From Vicugna vicugna (Eukaryota), in NCBI GenBank assembly GCA_013265495.1, contig MU058844.1, forward strand, positions 6,633,260 through 6,697,259: a stretch of DNA of 64,000 bases, read 5' to 3'. This document shows, piece by piece, positions 37,690-49,195 of this stretch. The notes beneath the pieces were generated by a model that was not told the DNA's origin, did not search any database, and saw only the letters and a list, made by a program, of their open reading frames with translations. Positions within the stretch are counted from its first letter, which is position 1. Each line of letters begins with the position of its first letter. The translations under genes and the position numbers were made by a program.

Positions 37690-39876
37690 CTCTCAGCTAT
37701 CTGTTGCTGCATTGTAGATAGGAGGCCCTTACCAGATAATGATGAGGACAGCTCATGCAGCTCCTACCTACAGGTGGAGGGCAGTAGATGGTAGCTTGTT
37801 GCCAAGCTGACTCTCACAGGAATGGGTGCTGCTAACGTGGCAGGGGCTGTGCAGTTACTTGATTTTGATGATCCCGCTGCCTACATGACCTGTAGAATCC
37901 CGACACTTCATCACCCACTATTTTCCTTCCTTCCTGGGCATTCCTGCTTCGTTTCTTTACCTACTTCGAGATGTAGCAACAGTAATACATTTTTGGTAAT
38001 GGTCAATTACATTTTTTAATCTATGTTTAATGGATTACTTTTATGAACTAAGTTCTTCAGGCAAGCTTTGGAACTTTGATCTTTTGGAACTGAGTCTATT
38101 TGAAAGATAAAAACATTACATTTCAAAAAAGCCAAGTCTTGAAAATTTGAAATTAATTTGCCTTCCAAAATGTAGTCTCATATACTAATTCCTTATAAAT
38201 CCATTCAGAAACTCAATTTATGTCTTTAGTTTTGGCTAATATGCAGTCTTTATATATGAAAGAAATGCCTCTGACTCAGTAAGTATAGGGCCTTGGAGTG
38301 AAAAACAAACAGAGACAAACAAATGTGTAATAATACAAAATATTTGTAGTTATTATACAATATTATTCTGTCATACTTGACTCAGTTCATTTATTTGACA
38401 TTTATTTGAGAATGTGAGATTGGTAAAATAAAGTAATTCTCCAGACAGAGCTTAACCCTAGTGAAGAAGAGGTATACATTTTTCCCCCTGAGACTCAAAT
38501 GTTATTGTGGAAATTTCAACATTAACTGCAACTCCACTCCATATTTTCCTACAGCCATCTAAGACGAGAGCAGCAGGAGGGAGAGGGTAAGAAACAGAGT
38601 GAGAAAAGAGAGGGTAAATTATTTTACTTGTAACATCATTAACGTACTATATGATCACCTTTTTTTTTTTTGCTTATAATAGAAAAGGAACTCTAAATGC
38701 ATGCAAACACATATTTAACATCCCTTTTTAAAATATTTATAAAATTATCTAGGATTATTGCATTATACAACCTGTATATATAGTTAAGTATATCTTAGGC
38801 ATTTAAAATATTAACATCACATTTAAATTTTGTTTACTTTAGACATTTATTTCTTTTCATACGAAACATGAACTTTGGGTAGTCTGATAGGAATTTTTAA
38901 ATGTCAGCTTTGCCAAAAGATATACTGTGTAAATTCGTATGATTATTCATTGGATATATAAAACATGCAACAGTGTCTGAATATGTTACTTTTCATTTAA
39001 ATTTTTTTTCCTTGCGAAGAATAGAAATGTATAGAAGAAATGCAACAATTCAGAGATAACTAATTTGGGGAAGGCTCATTGAGCAACACTATCTTTTAGA
39101 TTTTTTCTTTATGAAATGATGTTTTGACTATAATAGTATCTCTAAACTTCAGCACATTTCTTACCTTTCTTTTTGTATAGAAAAAAGCAAAAGGAACAAC
39201 AGACCACTCTTTACTGAGGAAACTAAGTTAAAAGTGATATAATCACTAGAAGGTACACAAGTAAGAGTCAGGACATAATTCCAAGTTTGTCAGATTAAAA
39301 CAAATGCTCTTATCCATGTACCAGTAATTATGCCAACAGTTTATCATTAGATGATTCAATAAATGTAGACCTGTAGATAATCATGTCTCACAAATCACAA
39401 TTTCCTATACGTCAGGTTGTTTTCTTCCAGCAAAAATTATTTGGAAAATTAGCTTATTTCAGTTTTTTAATGGTTATATTTATTCACTTATTCAGCTAAT
39501 ATTTACTGTGCTCTTGGAGGAAATAATGCAAATTAAACAGACACAAGCCCTAAGCTCATGAAACTATTCCCAAATTCCAAAATGCCATGGTGATGGCAGT
39601 ATTTTTCTTGAGTTTTCTGAGAGAATGTTCAGACAAATAAGAATTTTTACCACTTCCTGCATGTGGTTATGCAGTTCCTTGTCTGGTGTGGCCTTTCTCC
39701 ATTTTTGCCCAACTCTAAGTTCCCTTTTATCCAACATTCCTGGTCTCTCCTGTTGTAATGATGTTGAGGGTATTTAAATTGTGTGGTATGGTGTAGTTAT
39801 GTGGGATGTGCCTTTCTCTCTATCAGACATAAGCTCCTTAGAAGCCAATATTGTATGTTTCATTAATGTTTGTATC

Positions 39877-40253
39877 TGATGGGGTTCAGAGCAGGTTGCC
39901 CCAAGATGTGCCCCTCTGCCATGGTGATTATTTTGGGCTGAAAACAATCAAAGCCCAAAAGACTCAAGAACCTTTGAACTGCCCACCTTACTGCCTAAAA
40001 TAATTTAAGATAGAAGGCCAATCCCAGAAAGGAGCTACCACAATAAATAACTATAGTAAAGTATTAGGTGTGGTAGACAGGAAGAAACCCAGCAAGGTCC
40101 ATTTGATCAAAGCTCTCTCTGTGTATCATTGTCTTTGATGGCCTTTTAAACATTTGTTTACCAAACATTAACTCTTTTTTTTCTCTTCCTGTGAATTACC
40201 TTACTTTCCCTTGAAACCTGAGGTCCCTACTTTCTTCTTCTTAGCCCAGAATG

Positions 40254-40298
<45 letters not shown>

Positions 40299-40480
40299 CA
40301 CACACACACACACACATACACCTCACCTTGCCTTGCTGTCTTTGGAAATCTTCATACTTATATGGACTCCCCATGCAAGTAATAAATTGTATTTTCTCCT
40401 GTTAATCTGCCTTATATCATTTTAATTAACAGCCAAAAGAACTAAGAGGGGAAAGAGGGAAAATTTCCCCTCCTCCAATA
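39877..40480 (+). mobile_element. ERV1 solo LTR (MER34/MER39-like) inserted into an L2
   Basis: TGATGGGGTTCAG start; AATAAA at 40381; ctcctgttaatctg; end ...cctccaata; 4-bp TSD TATC/TGTC. A related 3' fragment lies at ~23680-23765. Confidence 0.75.
40257..40320. repeat. (TG)16(TA)5(CA)9 compound microsatellite
   Basis: Read directly from the sequence. Confidence 0.95.
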
Positions 40481-40861
40481 TGTCCCTTAATGCTCCATCA
40501 CAGTATCAAATGAGTTCATGGATGATTATGTGAACAGAAGAAATTCTACATAAGACAAACTTTCAGGGATGGCATGCAATTGTGTCTGTAATTCTATAAA
40601 TAATAAAATAAGGGATGTACTTTAGTCAGAGAGGGGGAAAGGAAGAATTAAGAAAAAAGAGTCACAAAATTTTAATTACGAATGAACAGAGTATACATTA
40701 TGCATTGGAGTTGATCTGAGATCAAAGTAGATTTTTGCAAGAAGGGAAAAAAAAAAGTTAGCCAGTAGAAAATATGTGTGAAGCTCTTGTGTACTTTACA
40801 GTTCTTACACTTCTGGAAATATTCAGCTCTGAAAGGTCAAGGACAATCAGACGTTTTATAC

Positions 40862-41367
40862 TGTCCACTGAAATAAAATCACACAACGTGAGAGTTGTGA
40901 GTTAAGTTTCATCTGGGGCAAAATGAGGACTATAGCCAGGGAGTCAGCATCTCAGATGGCTCTGAGGAACTGCTCCAAAGAGGCAGTGGGGAACTCAGTA
41001 TTATATATGATTTTAGTGAAGGGGGTATGTGATGTCAAACACACATTTAGGCAGGGGCCTGCTGCTAGTCAGAAAGAGCAGATGTCAATGTTAATGATTT
41101 TAGTGCTTTTCTAGATATGAGGAGACAGAAGAATTAGGGCTCATAAAATCTTCTGAAAATAGCTCACTATCTGAAGGCCTGTTCTGCCAGTTTTCCCAGA
41201 GCACAGGGCGCCCCATTCCTGATCTCCACCCTGAACTCCTTTCAGGGAGTGTTGGAGGTCAGTGGCTGCAGCAGCTCATGATTTAATCCAAGCAGAGTTA
41301 GATGGCAAGTGCTAACATGATCCAATCCTCATAGAGGCAGATGGCAAATGCCAGTTTTTAGTTGGCA
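40862..41367 (-). mobile_element. ERV1-like solo LTR
   Basis: TG...CA termini with a perfect 4-bp TSD ATAC (40858-40861 / 41368-41371); homologous to 23073-23567. Confidence 0.85.
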
Positions 41368-41476
41368 ATACTCTGGAGGAAGAGTTTGCATCAGAAAAAT
41401 TAATAAGAAGAGGTCTTGGGGATTTTAAATATTTTCATCATTAAATCTTACTGTTCTTCAACTTAAAATTTTACAG

Positions 41477-41645
41477 GTACCTACAGAATATTGGATATAC
41501 AGATCCAGAATCCATAAGACTTTATCACCTTAAATCAAGGATTTATTTGATAGCCTCTTCTGCCTTTTATTTATAACATATTTTTAAAAGAATTAAGAAA
41601 TTTGCCAAAAGAGAATTAAAAAAATAATCCTACCTGCACTTTCCA
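41477..41645 (+). other. SLC6A15: 5' UTR portion of SLC6A15 exon 2
   Basis: Acceptor ttttacAG|G at 41476/41477, with a second AG 10 nt downstream. No ATG before 41646, and an in-frame TAA 21 nt upstream of the ATG. Confidence 0.65.
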
Positions 41646-41934
41646 ATGCCTAAGAACAGCAAGGTGGTAAAAAGAGAATTAGACGATGAGGTTATTGAGT
41701 CTGTCAAAGACCTTCTTTCCAATGAAGACTCAGCTGATGATGCTTTTAAGAAGAGTGAACTAATTGTTGACGTCCAAGAAGAGAAAGATACAGATGCTGA
41801 GGAAGGATCTGAAGTTGAAGATGAAAGGCCAGCTTGGAACAGTAAGCTACAGTACATCCTGGCCCAGGTTGGATTTTCTGTAGGATTAGGGAACGTGTGG
41901 CGATTCCCATACCTCTGTCAGAAGAATGGGGGTG
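41646..41934 (+). CDS. SLC6A15: SLC6A15 exon 2 coding part (c.1-289): [14 protein letters not shown]...[36 protein letters not shown]
   Basis: SLC6 TM1 signature [13 protein letters not shown]-terminus recognisable as SLC6A15; donor G|GTAAGT. Confidence 0.97.
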
Positions 41935-42810
41935 GTAAGTTTTTGCTTTCTGTTGTTTTTTTTTTTTAAGTGACACATTGCTGAGTAAATTGCAGTTGAT
42001 TACCTCAAATAGCTCCTGTTGTTACTACAGTGTCATTATTTTAGAAGCTATGAATTCCATTGTAAAACTAGGGAGACGCTTTGGTTGGAAGTGAGCTCAG
42101 CTCTGTTTTCAGTTTAGGTTTCCATCGGAGCAGGTGGCTTACTATGAACACTCAAGGACTGCTTAAGGTAATAAATTCTCAATTCTGTGGATGCTATTAA
42201 ACATCCCTAAATTACTGACTTTTCTAACCAATGTTGCATCCCTTGTGCCTGTCAGTTACTCTCTTTGGAGGAAATCCTAAAGTTTAAAGACATAAAGATA
42301 TAAGACAACATTGGTGAACAAGACAGAGAATTTTCTGTCCACAGTTTATTAACTCTGAATTTTAAGTTGTTTCACGCTTCAAAAAAGCAAACATTGTGTA
42401 TAATTTAGAACGATTATAGTCTTCAAATGCTGACCAGAACTTTGTAGATCCAAGTAGAAGGGATTTAACCAGATAATTAATATAATGCTAGACAGTCTTC
42501 ATCCTTAGATATTAGCATCCTTAAGAGGCTATAAAGAAATGAGCATTCTTAATTTTAAACAAAATTATCTGTATCAGCATGATATTTAGCTTCTTGTATT
42601 TGGACGTGTAATTTAATTACCAAGGGCTCTTCAGCAAAAATTGTCTTAAAAATTAAGAAAAAAATATACAAAGGAATAGATGGTACACATAGAATACACA
42701 CTCTAGAGTACACAGAAATTAAACTGAATGTGAAGCTAACTAACATTTGGGTTGTTACTCTAAAAATTTTTAATATTGAACTTTTATCTTTACCATTACT
42801 ATCATTATTT

Positions 42811-42845
<35 letters not shown>
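42811..42845. repeat. (TA)3(CA)14 microsatellite
   Basis: Read directly from the sequence. Confidence 0.95.
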
Positions 42846-42851
<6 letters not shown>

Positions 42852-44063
42852 TGTTAAAATAACTAGTTAAAAACCAAATATTCTGTAAGCAACATTCAGC
42901 ACACAAAGGATAGAAAGAATATTTTCACATTTTATTACAGTTTATGATAGTTTTGCTGACTGAACAAAAACATGGTTTTATTTTTGATGTAGTTTTAACA
43001 TGTAAATCAAATGAAATAATATAACCATTCATATGTGAAATGGTTTCCTCTTGGTCACTAAGAGATAAAAAGCTAAGGTGTTATAGTAACAAAATATGTT
43101 TAAGATCTTGCTTAATTAATTCACCCAGGGTCAAAACAACAGGTGTGCACAAAAGTAGCCTGTTTGACAGACCTACCTAAAAGGTGAGAATCAACACATG
43201 ACGTTGGTGGCGTACTACACAGCGCTCCCCTAGAACTGTGAGCTCCTTACCTACTCTATAACATCGCAGATGAATTATTTATCAGATCAGCTACAAGTAG
43301 CTATGTACTACCCTACTTTTTGCTTCTCAGAAGTCATCCCATTTGCAAGACCGGCAAAAGATGAATTCTGATTTTCAGACCTTTCCCTTTATAAGCCTTA
43401 CCAGCCATACTCTTCAGAAAGAAGGCTGTTTTGGCTGAAAAGTCAGGTTGCTTTCCATTTTATATTTTTGTCCTGGTGAAGAGCTCTAAAGGAGTTCGTA
43501 TTTAGTAATTAGTTGTTAGCAAAAATGACTACTCCTTATTTTCATATGTAAAGAGAGTCAAAATGTCCTTCCTAGTATTGTTTCCTTTCTTCTAATTACA
43601 AATACTCGAGAACAATATTATACAACACCAGTGGACTGCATGGTTGCAAGATGGCTCTTGGAGCACAAGGGGTGGTTCTCAGCATGCAATATAGCATTGA
43701 GCTTTCCAGGTGTTTGACTGGCATCTTCTAGGTGTTTGAAAAAATTAAAAATTTTAAGGAATCAATTATTTTTACAAAAAATGAAGTTACTTTACCCTTT
43801 CAGTAAAATGACACCAAAACTATTCATTGATACCCTTGCTTTTTTCATAATTATTTTTTCATCAGAAACTCTTTGTAGCAGTCAAATTCAGATTTCAAAT
43901 ACTAGAAAACTTAAAGTAATGAAATTACATTTTCTTTAACGTCCTGTATAATTATATGATGTAGAAATTAAAATATCACCTTTCATAAGGTAATCAGCAT
44001 TAGTGTATTCTCTACTGTGACTGTTGAAAATATAATCTATTTTATTTGTTCTTGTCTCTGTAG

Positions 44064-44221
44064 GTGCCTATCTTTTGCCATATTTAATACTGCTTCTGGT
44101 AATAGGTATCCCCCTTTTTTTCCTGGAACTTTCTGTGGGTCAAAGAATTCGGCGAGGAAGCATTGGTGTGTGGAATTACATAAGCCCCAAACTGGGAGGG
44201 ATTGGATTTGCAAGTTGTGTA
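44064..44221 (+). CDS. SLC6A15: SLC6A15 exon 3 (158 nt): [53 protein letters not shown]
   Basis: Acceptor ctgtAG|G and donor A|GTAAGT; phase consistent with exon 2; SLC6 TM2 motif. Confidence 0.97.
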
Positions 44222-44567
44222 GTAAGTTTCCTGGTATGGTATATGCCATATAATTTTCACATGGTTTGTAATTGTATAGTTTGCATTTGAATGAAATCTT
44301 TGTGTATTTCTATTCAACTCTTTAATAATGTTTAAAAAAAACATTTGGAGCTTGCACTAATACACAAAACAAGCTGTAAATATTAATGTAGTTCAATATC
44401 TTAAGGCCTATGAGAGTCATCATTTTAGACAGAGAATGTGTTTTAAATAAAAATAGAATGAAGAGGATTTTTTAAAGTATTAAATGGGGTTTTATGCGTT
44501 TCATCTCAATTGTTTCAGAGGAAGGGGCATGAGAGGTTTCATGTAATCACATTATTTTATTTTGCAG

Positions 44568-44694
44568 GTGTGCTTTTTTGTGGCTCTCTACTACAATGTC
44601 ATCATTGGCTGGAGTTTGTTTTATTTTTCTCAGTCTTTTCAGCAACCTCTACCTTGGGATCAGTGTCCTTTGGTGAAAAATGCTTCACACACAT
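44568..44694 (+). CDS. SLC6A15: SLC6A15 exon 4 (127 nt): [42 protein letters not shown]
   Basis: Acceptor ttgcAG|G and donor T|GTAAGA; YYNVII (TM3) and LPW-x-x-C motifs. Confidence 0.97.
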
Positions 44695-45107
44695 GTAAGA
44701 TGTGTACCTGGTAGTGTTTTTTGTATTTAAAGATCATAAAGTTGGTAAAGGCAGGAGCTTTCAAGATGTTTTCTTTTTAAAAATAATATGGAAAAGTCTT
44801 CCAAAATTATTTTCACAACAAACTTTCCTTGACATATTCAAAAAGATAGAAGCTTGGTTTGATTTAACTAGCTCTTTCCAAGATATTGTGCTCCATGGAC
44901 ATTAGGGTTAAAATTTATAAGCCTTCATTGTTAACTTTGACAATATTTTATTTCTTACACCTTTCTTGATGCCTTACATTTTCATTAAAATAAAAGAGAA
45001 CAAAAGGAAGAATGTGGATTGAAGGAATTGTTTTTAAGTCTTCAGTTCTATTGTTCTTTAGTTTTCTTATCATTTATTTTTATATGTTAGAATATAAAGA
45101 ACAATTC

Positions 45108-45407
45108 CCTAGCAATGTCCAGTAAATATAAAACACAACTCACATATGTAATCTAAAACATTCTAGTAGCTCTATTTACAGGAGGTAAAAAGAAACAGGT
45201 GAAATATTTTACTTAACCCAATATATCAAAAATACTAACATTTCAACATATAGTTAATATAAAATGAGTAATGTAATAGTTCACATTTTTCTCATATGGT
45301 CTCTAAAAGCCCCTCTGTATTTTATATTTATAGCACTTGTCACTTTGGACCAGCTCCATTTCAAAAATCACATATGGCCAGAAGCTAGCATTGTTGACAT
45401 CTCTGCC
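45108..45407. mobile_element. MER33/MER3-like hAT DNA transposon
   Basis: tgtccagta...tctagtagc...taaaaagaaacaggtgaaat.ttt.acttaacccaatatatc...tatagcac...ttggaccagc.ccatttcaa. Confidence 0.75.
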
Positions 45408-45721
45408 CCCAGGAAGTCAATCAGATAATTTTGGAGGCAGAAGGGGCCATAAACCTGATACATTTTAATTACTTTGATAAAAAGCTCACCTATTCCTATT
45501 TTAGAAATGTGTAATAAGACACATTAAAGAAGATACATGCCTGTTGAATTTTTTTCGCGTTTTTGCAGAGTTAAGGTTTCACTGTGTGTTTAAATTCTTC
45601 TATAGAATAGTAGTACTTTTCTAGAAAGTGTTAAGAATTGATTTACAGGCTTACTGGGGAAAAAAAATGGTGCCATTGGTCTTTATAGCCTGAAGTGACG
45701 GTGTTACTTGTCTTTCTACAG

Positions 45722-45903
45722 TTGTAGAGCCGGAATGTGAAAAAAGTTCCGCCACCACCTATTACTGGTACAGAGAAGCACTGAATATTTCCAGTTCCAT
45801 CTCTGAAAGCGGGGGCTTAAACTGGAAGATGACCATCTGCCTGCTGGTTGCCTGGGTTGTGGTGTGCTTGGCTATGATCAAAGGCATTCAGTCTTCTGGA
45901 AAA
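45722..45903 (+). CDS. SLC6A15: SLC6A15 exon 5 (182 nt): [61 protein letters not shown]
   Basis: Acceptor ctacAG|T and donor AAA|GTTAGT; frame continuous. Confidence 0.97.
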
Positions 45904-46819
45904 GTTAGTATGTCAGAGCCCCTTCTGATTCTGCTGATCATCACGCGTGGGCACTGCGCCCCCTGCAGCTCGGCTATAGTCTGTGTGGGCAAGCTGCCAG
46001 CAGTGCCTCGTTCTAGGCAGTTAAACTAAAGATTGTTAAAAAGTGAAGCTTTAAAAAATGTGTTTAAATCAAGGACAGGACATAAAGATATAAGTGTTTT
46101 ATAGTGAAATCTAAAGTCATTTATAATCTTTCCTTCTCTTTCATCAAGATCTTCTTTCACATTTTTTGTCAATACCTAAAAGTCCTTTATTTTTGCTATT
46201 TATTCAGCTGACCCTAATGTTTTAGTTCTTTGACTAGTTTCAATCATGGAAATTGGAAAAAGTGGTAGAATAAAGAATGTTTATTTGTGCTACATCAGTT
46301 ATTTTTCTCTGCTGTAGGTGCTCTAAGGAGTAGTTGCATAAAAGATTTAAAAATAGTCTAGTGTGGAGTGTTTCTAAAAGATCTGAACATTAGGTAGTTA
46401 GGATAATGTCAACAAGAACTCAGAGTAATGTAAAAGACTTAAGGGCATGCCTGCCAGGGCAAATGGAAAATTTTATAAGGCTGTGGTTGAAAAAAACAGT
46501 AAGTGATTTCTAGATACCCTAGGAAGACAATCAGATAATTTTTTAAAAGGATGCATTAGTAAAGTAATTATTATTCACTGTTTTGCTTCCACATTTCTTT
46601 TTTTTTTTTTGCCATTATTATCGTCACTCTAAAGCTCTCTATATCTCTTGTCTGGACCATTAGCAAGAATTAATTTTTGTTCTTCTCTCTGTCCTTTAAT
46701 AACCCATCTCTACTGTTTTTTTTTCCCCAAAGCACAAATCTGATCATATATCTTTCTTAGGCTAGTATATTACCACTTACCATCATATACTAGTAGTAAG
46801 AGTGGAATAATGGTAGTAG

Positions 46820-47379
46820 TGTTACCCCAAAAGGTAAAGACCCCGGTTCTTGTCATACCCATAAGACAAGTTTACCGTCGGAATATGCTACGTTGTGTAG
46901 TGAAAGATTTTTTAAAAATTATTTTAAAAAGGCAAAGTACACCTCCAAGAACAGGAGGTGGGCTGATCCAAGGGAGGAAAAGTGGCAGTTTTTGTCTCCC
47001 CTTTCTCTCAAACCCTCACTTAGAAGTGGTCTCTTGAGTGGTTGACGGCTCTTGTCCCTGGTCCCTGGAATGCCTAGTCACGTTTGGCCTCTTCGTGTAT
47101 GTCCTTACCCATGGTATACATAGGAAAACCCTTGGAGGGGTGAAGGGGAGGGCCAAACTGCAATGTTAATTATAATACAATGAGCACTGGGTTGTGTCCG
47201 TTCAAGTCCTTCCTGCTGTGGCGCAGTCGTGGCTGTCGGGCTCTAACCGGTTTCTTGCTGGTGCTCATTTAGAAGTGAAGTCCATTTATGCTGCAGGCGG
47301 GCACAACGCCATCTTCCGCACCATCCTCCCTCTCCTCCACCTGTCTGCCCGGTGCCCCCACTTATCTAACTACCTAACA
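46820..47379 (-). mobile_element. ERV solo LTR, relatively CpG-retaining
   Basis: TGTTACCCC...CTAACTACCTAACA termini; GTAG on both sides (4-bp TSD, though within a GTA-rich tract). Confidence 0.75.
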
Positions 47380-47469
47380 GTAGTAGCAGCAGTAGTAGTG
47401 GTGGGAATAAATGATGACAGTGACAAAGATGATTCTCACAATGATCAGAGCAAAAACAGTAATGGAAGC

Positions 47470-47710
47470 CAATGTTTATTTTATGTTTATTTTGCTCTAG
47501 GCGCAGTGATAAGTGCTTAATATACTTTATCCCATTTAATTCTAAACAAAACAAAACTCTAAGAAGTAATTGCTAGTCTCAGACTGTTTTACAGATAAAA
47601 AACAAGTTTGAGAGAACAGATAACTTGCCCGAAGAATCATGGCTAGTAAGTGCTAGTACCCACAGTCAAACCAGCTCTGTCTAAATCTATGGTCCATGTT
47701 ATTTCCTGCA
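47470..47710 (-). mobile_element. MIR
   Basis: taggcgcagtgataagtgctt...catttaattct...ttttacagataaaaaa...taacttgcccgaag. Confidence 0.7.
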
Positions 47711-48685
47711 ACATTATAACATCTCTCATTGCGATACATTTTTTTCCCACCACATAGTGATTTCTGTTAGGACAGAAGTCTGTTTAATTCATCTTTGCTT
47801 CCTTTACTTTATGTTGATTAGAAAGGTTTGAGGATATTTTTAACTTGTAAATCACAGCTGATTTTACATGTACCTTCCTGATGGACCTTCTACACCATTT
47901 TTCCTTTGCAGAAATGAATATGGTAGATAACACACCTGAACATCTTTCAGTCTGTTGTGAATATTAATGTAGTCTATGATTAAATAAGTTCAGTTAATTG
48001 GCTCAATTTGATGTGTCTTCTACGATGTCAGGGCCCCGCTACAGTCAGGTAATAAATAAAGGAATAGATTCTTAAGCTAAATCTAACCACATTTATATGC
48101 TTCCTAAGATATGTCATTTGGTAGAAAGAAAACCAACTGCGGTCAGCTAGAGAAGTCCAAAAATTCCTGTGTTCAAGTCTTACTGCCACATTTTATTTCT
48201 TCTTGGTCTGAGTATTATCATTTAAAAAAAAAAAGCCATCCTTTTCTCACCACAGCATTTGGGATGTTTTTCTTATGTCATGTAATATAACTTTATCTAG
48301 AAAAAAATTAATACAACTTATATACTGTAAGTACCTTATTTATTTCTTATTATGAGAAGGCTTCAAGGAGAGGGTAGCTTTGATAGAAAGAATTTAATAG
48401 GTACAGATGAGGACAAAGCTGTAAGTAATGTGAACAAGATTATGACAGTCTAAATTGTCACAACAACTCCTCATTCTGGAACAATGAGCTAAATATAATA
48501 AGAAATTTATTGGAAATAAATGTAAAGCTCTGCCGAACAAAAAAGTCTTTAAATAAACATTCACACAAGTGCAGTACAGAGAAGTATGGTTTAGGGGTAA
48601 TAAGGTTTAGGGGTAGTTTGTGGGAAAAAAAATTTTAAGAGGATCTAGCAGCTAAGAGAAAAGTCAGCTTGCAGTTTGCTTGGCC

Positions 48686-48686
<1 letters not shown>

Positions 48687-48722
<36 letters not shown>
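48687..48722. repeat. (AC)18 microsatellite
   Basis: Read directly from the sequence. Confidence 0.95.
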
Positions 48723-48726
<4 letters not shown>

Positions 48727-48869
48727 TGTTAATTTGAAACTGCACGAACTAGAAGTGGGTGTGACAGTATCATTCTTTGGTCCAGGTAGGAAAACGTCAG
48801 CTGAACCACACCTATGACCCTGGGTTTTACTGAAATCTTTATTCCCTCCTTTGTTACGGAGAAGAGATA

Positions 48870-49195
48870 CCTCAGGCTTCTGAATCACAGTCTTCAAATA
48901 GCTGAATGAGAAGAGAAACAAGCCTTATTCTGTGTGTTCACAGAGAACAGAATGATGATCAAATATTGAGGATTATGGAGGGTGGGAGGTGGGGTAAGTC
49001 TTCAAAGAAAGGAAGACTTTACAGGAATCAAGCCTGGTGACAATGAAATTAGTGGTAGAGAGCTCAGCACTACTGGAGATGGTCCAACAGGGGTTGTGTG
49101 TCCATTTATTAGAGCCTCTGAGAATGGGATGCCTGCCTCAAGGGGGAGGCTAGAAATGAGAAGCACTACGCTTTCCTGTAACTCTGAGGTAATAT
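48870..49195 (+). mobile_element. L3/CR1 3' fragment
   Basis: cagtcttcaaata.ctgaa...cttattctgtgtg..cacagag..cagaa...aaggaagacttt...ttcctgtaactctgag. Confidence 0.55.

Noticed and set aside
41471..41490. AG|GT at the exon-2 acceptor as a recursive splice site
   Set aside because: GTACCT is a poor donor, the intron is only ~14.6 kb, and AG|GT is common at acceptors (also exons 3, 4 and 11).
41630..41976. Antisense ORFs over exons 2, 3 and 9
   Set aside because: Shadows of the sense coding frame with no independent support.
48588..48615. GGTTTAGGGGTA twice, telomere-like
   Set aside because: Only a two-copy local duplication, not a TTAGGG array.
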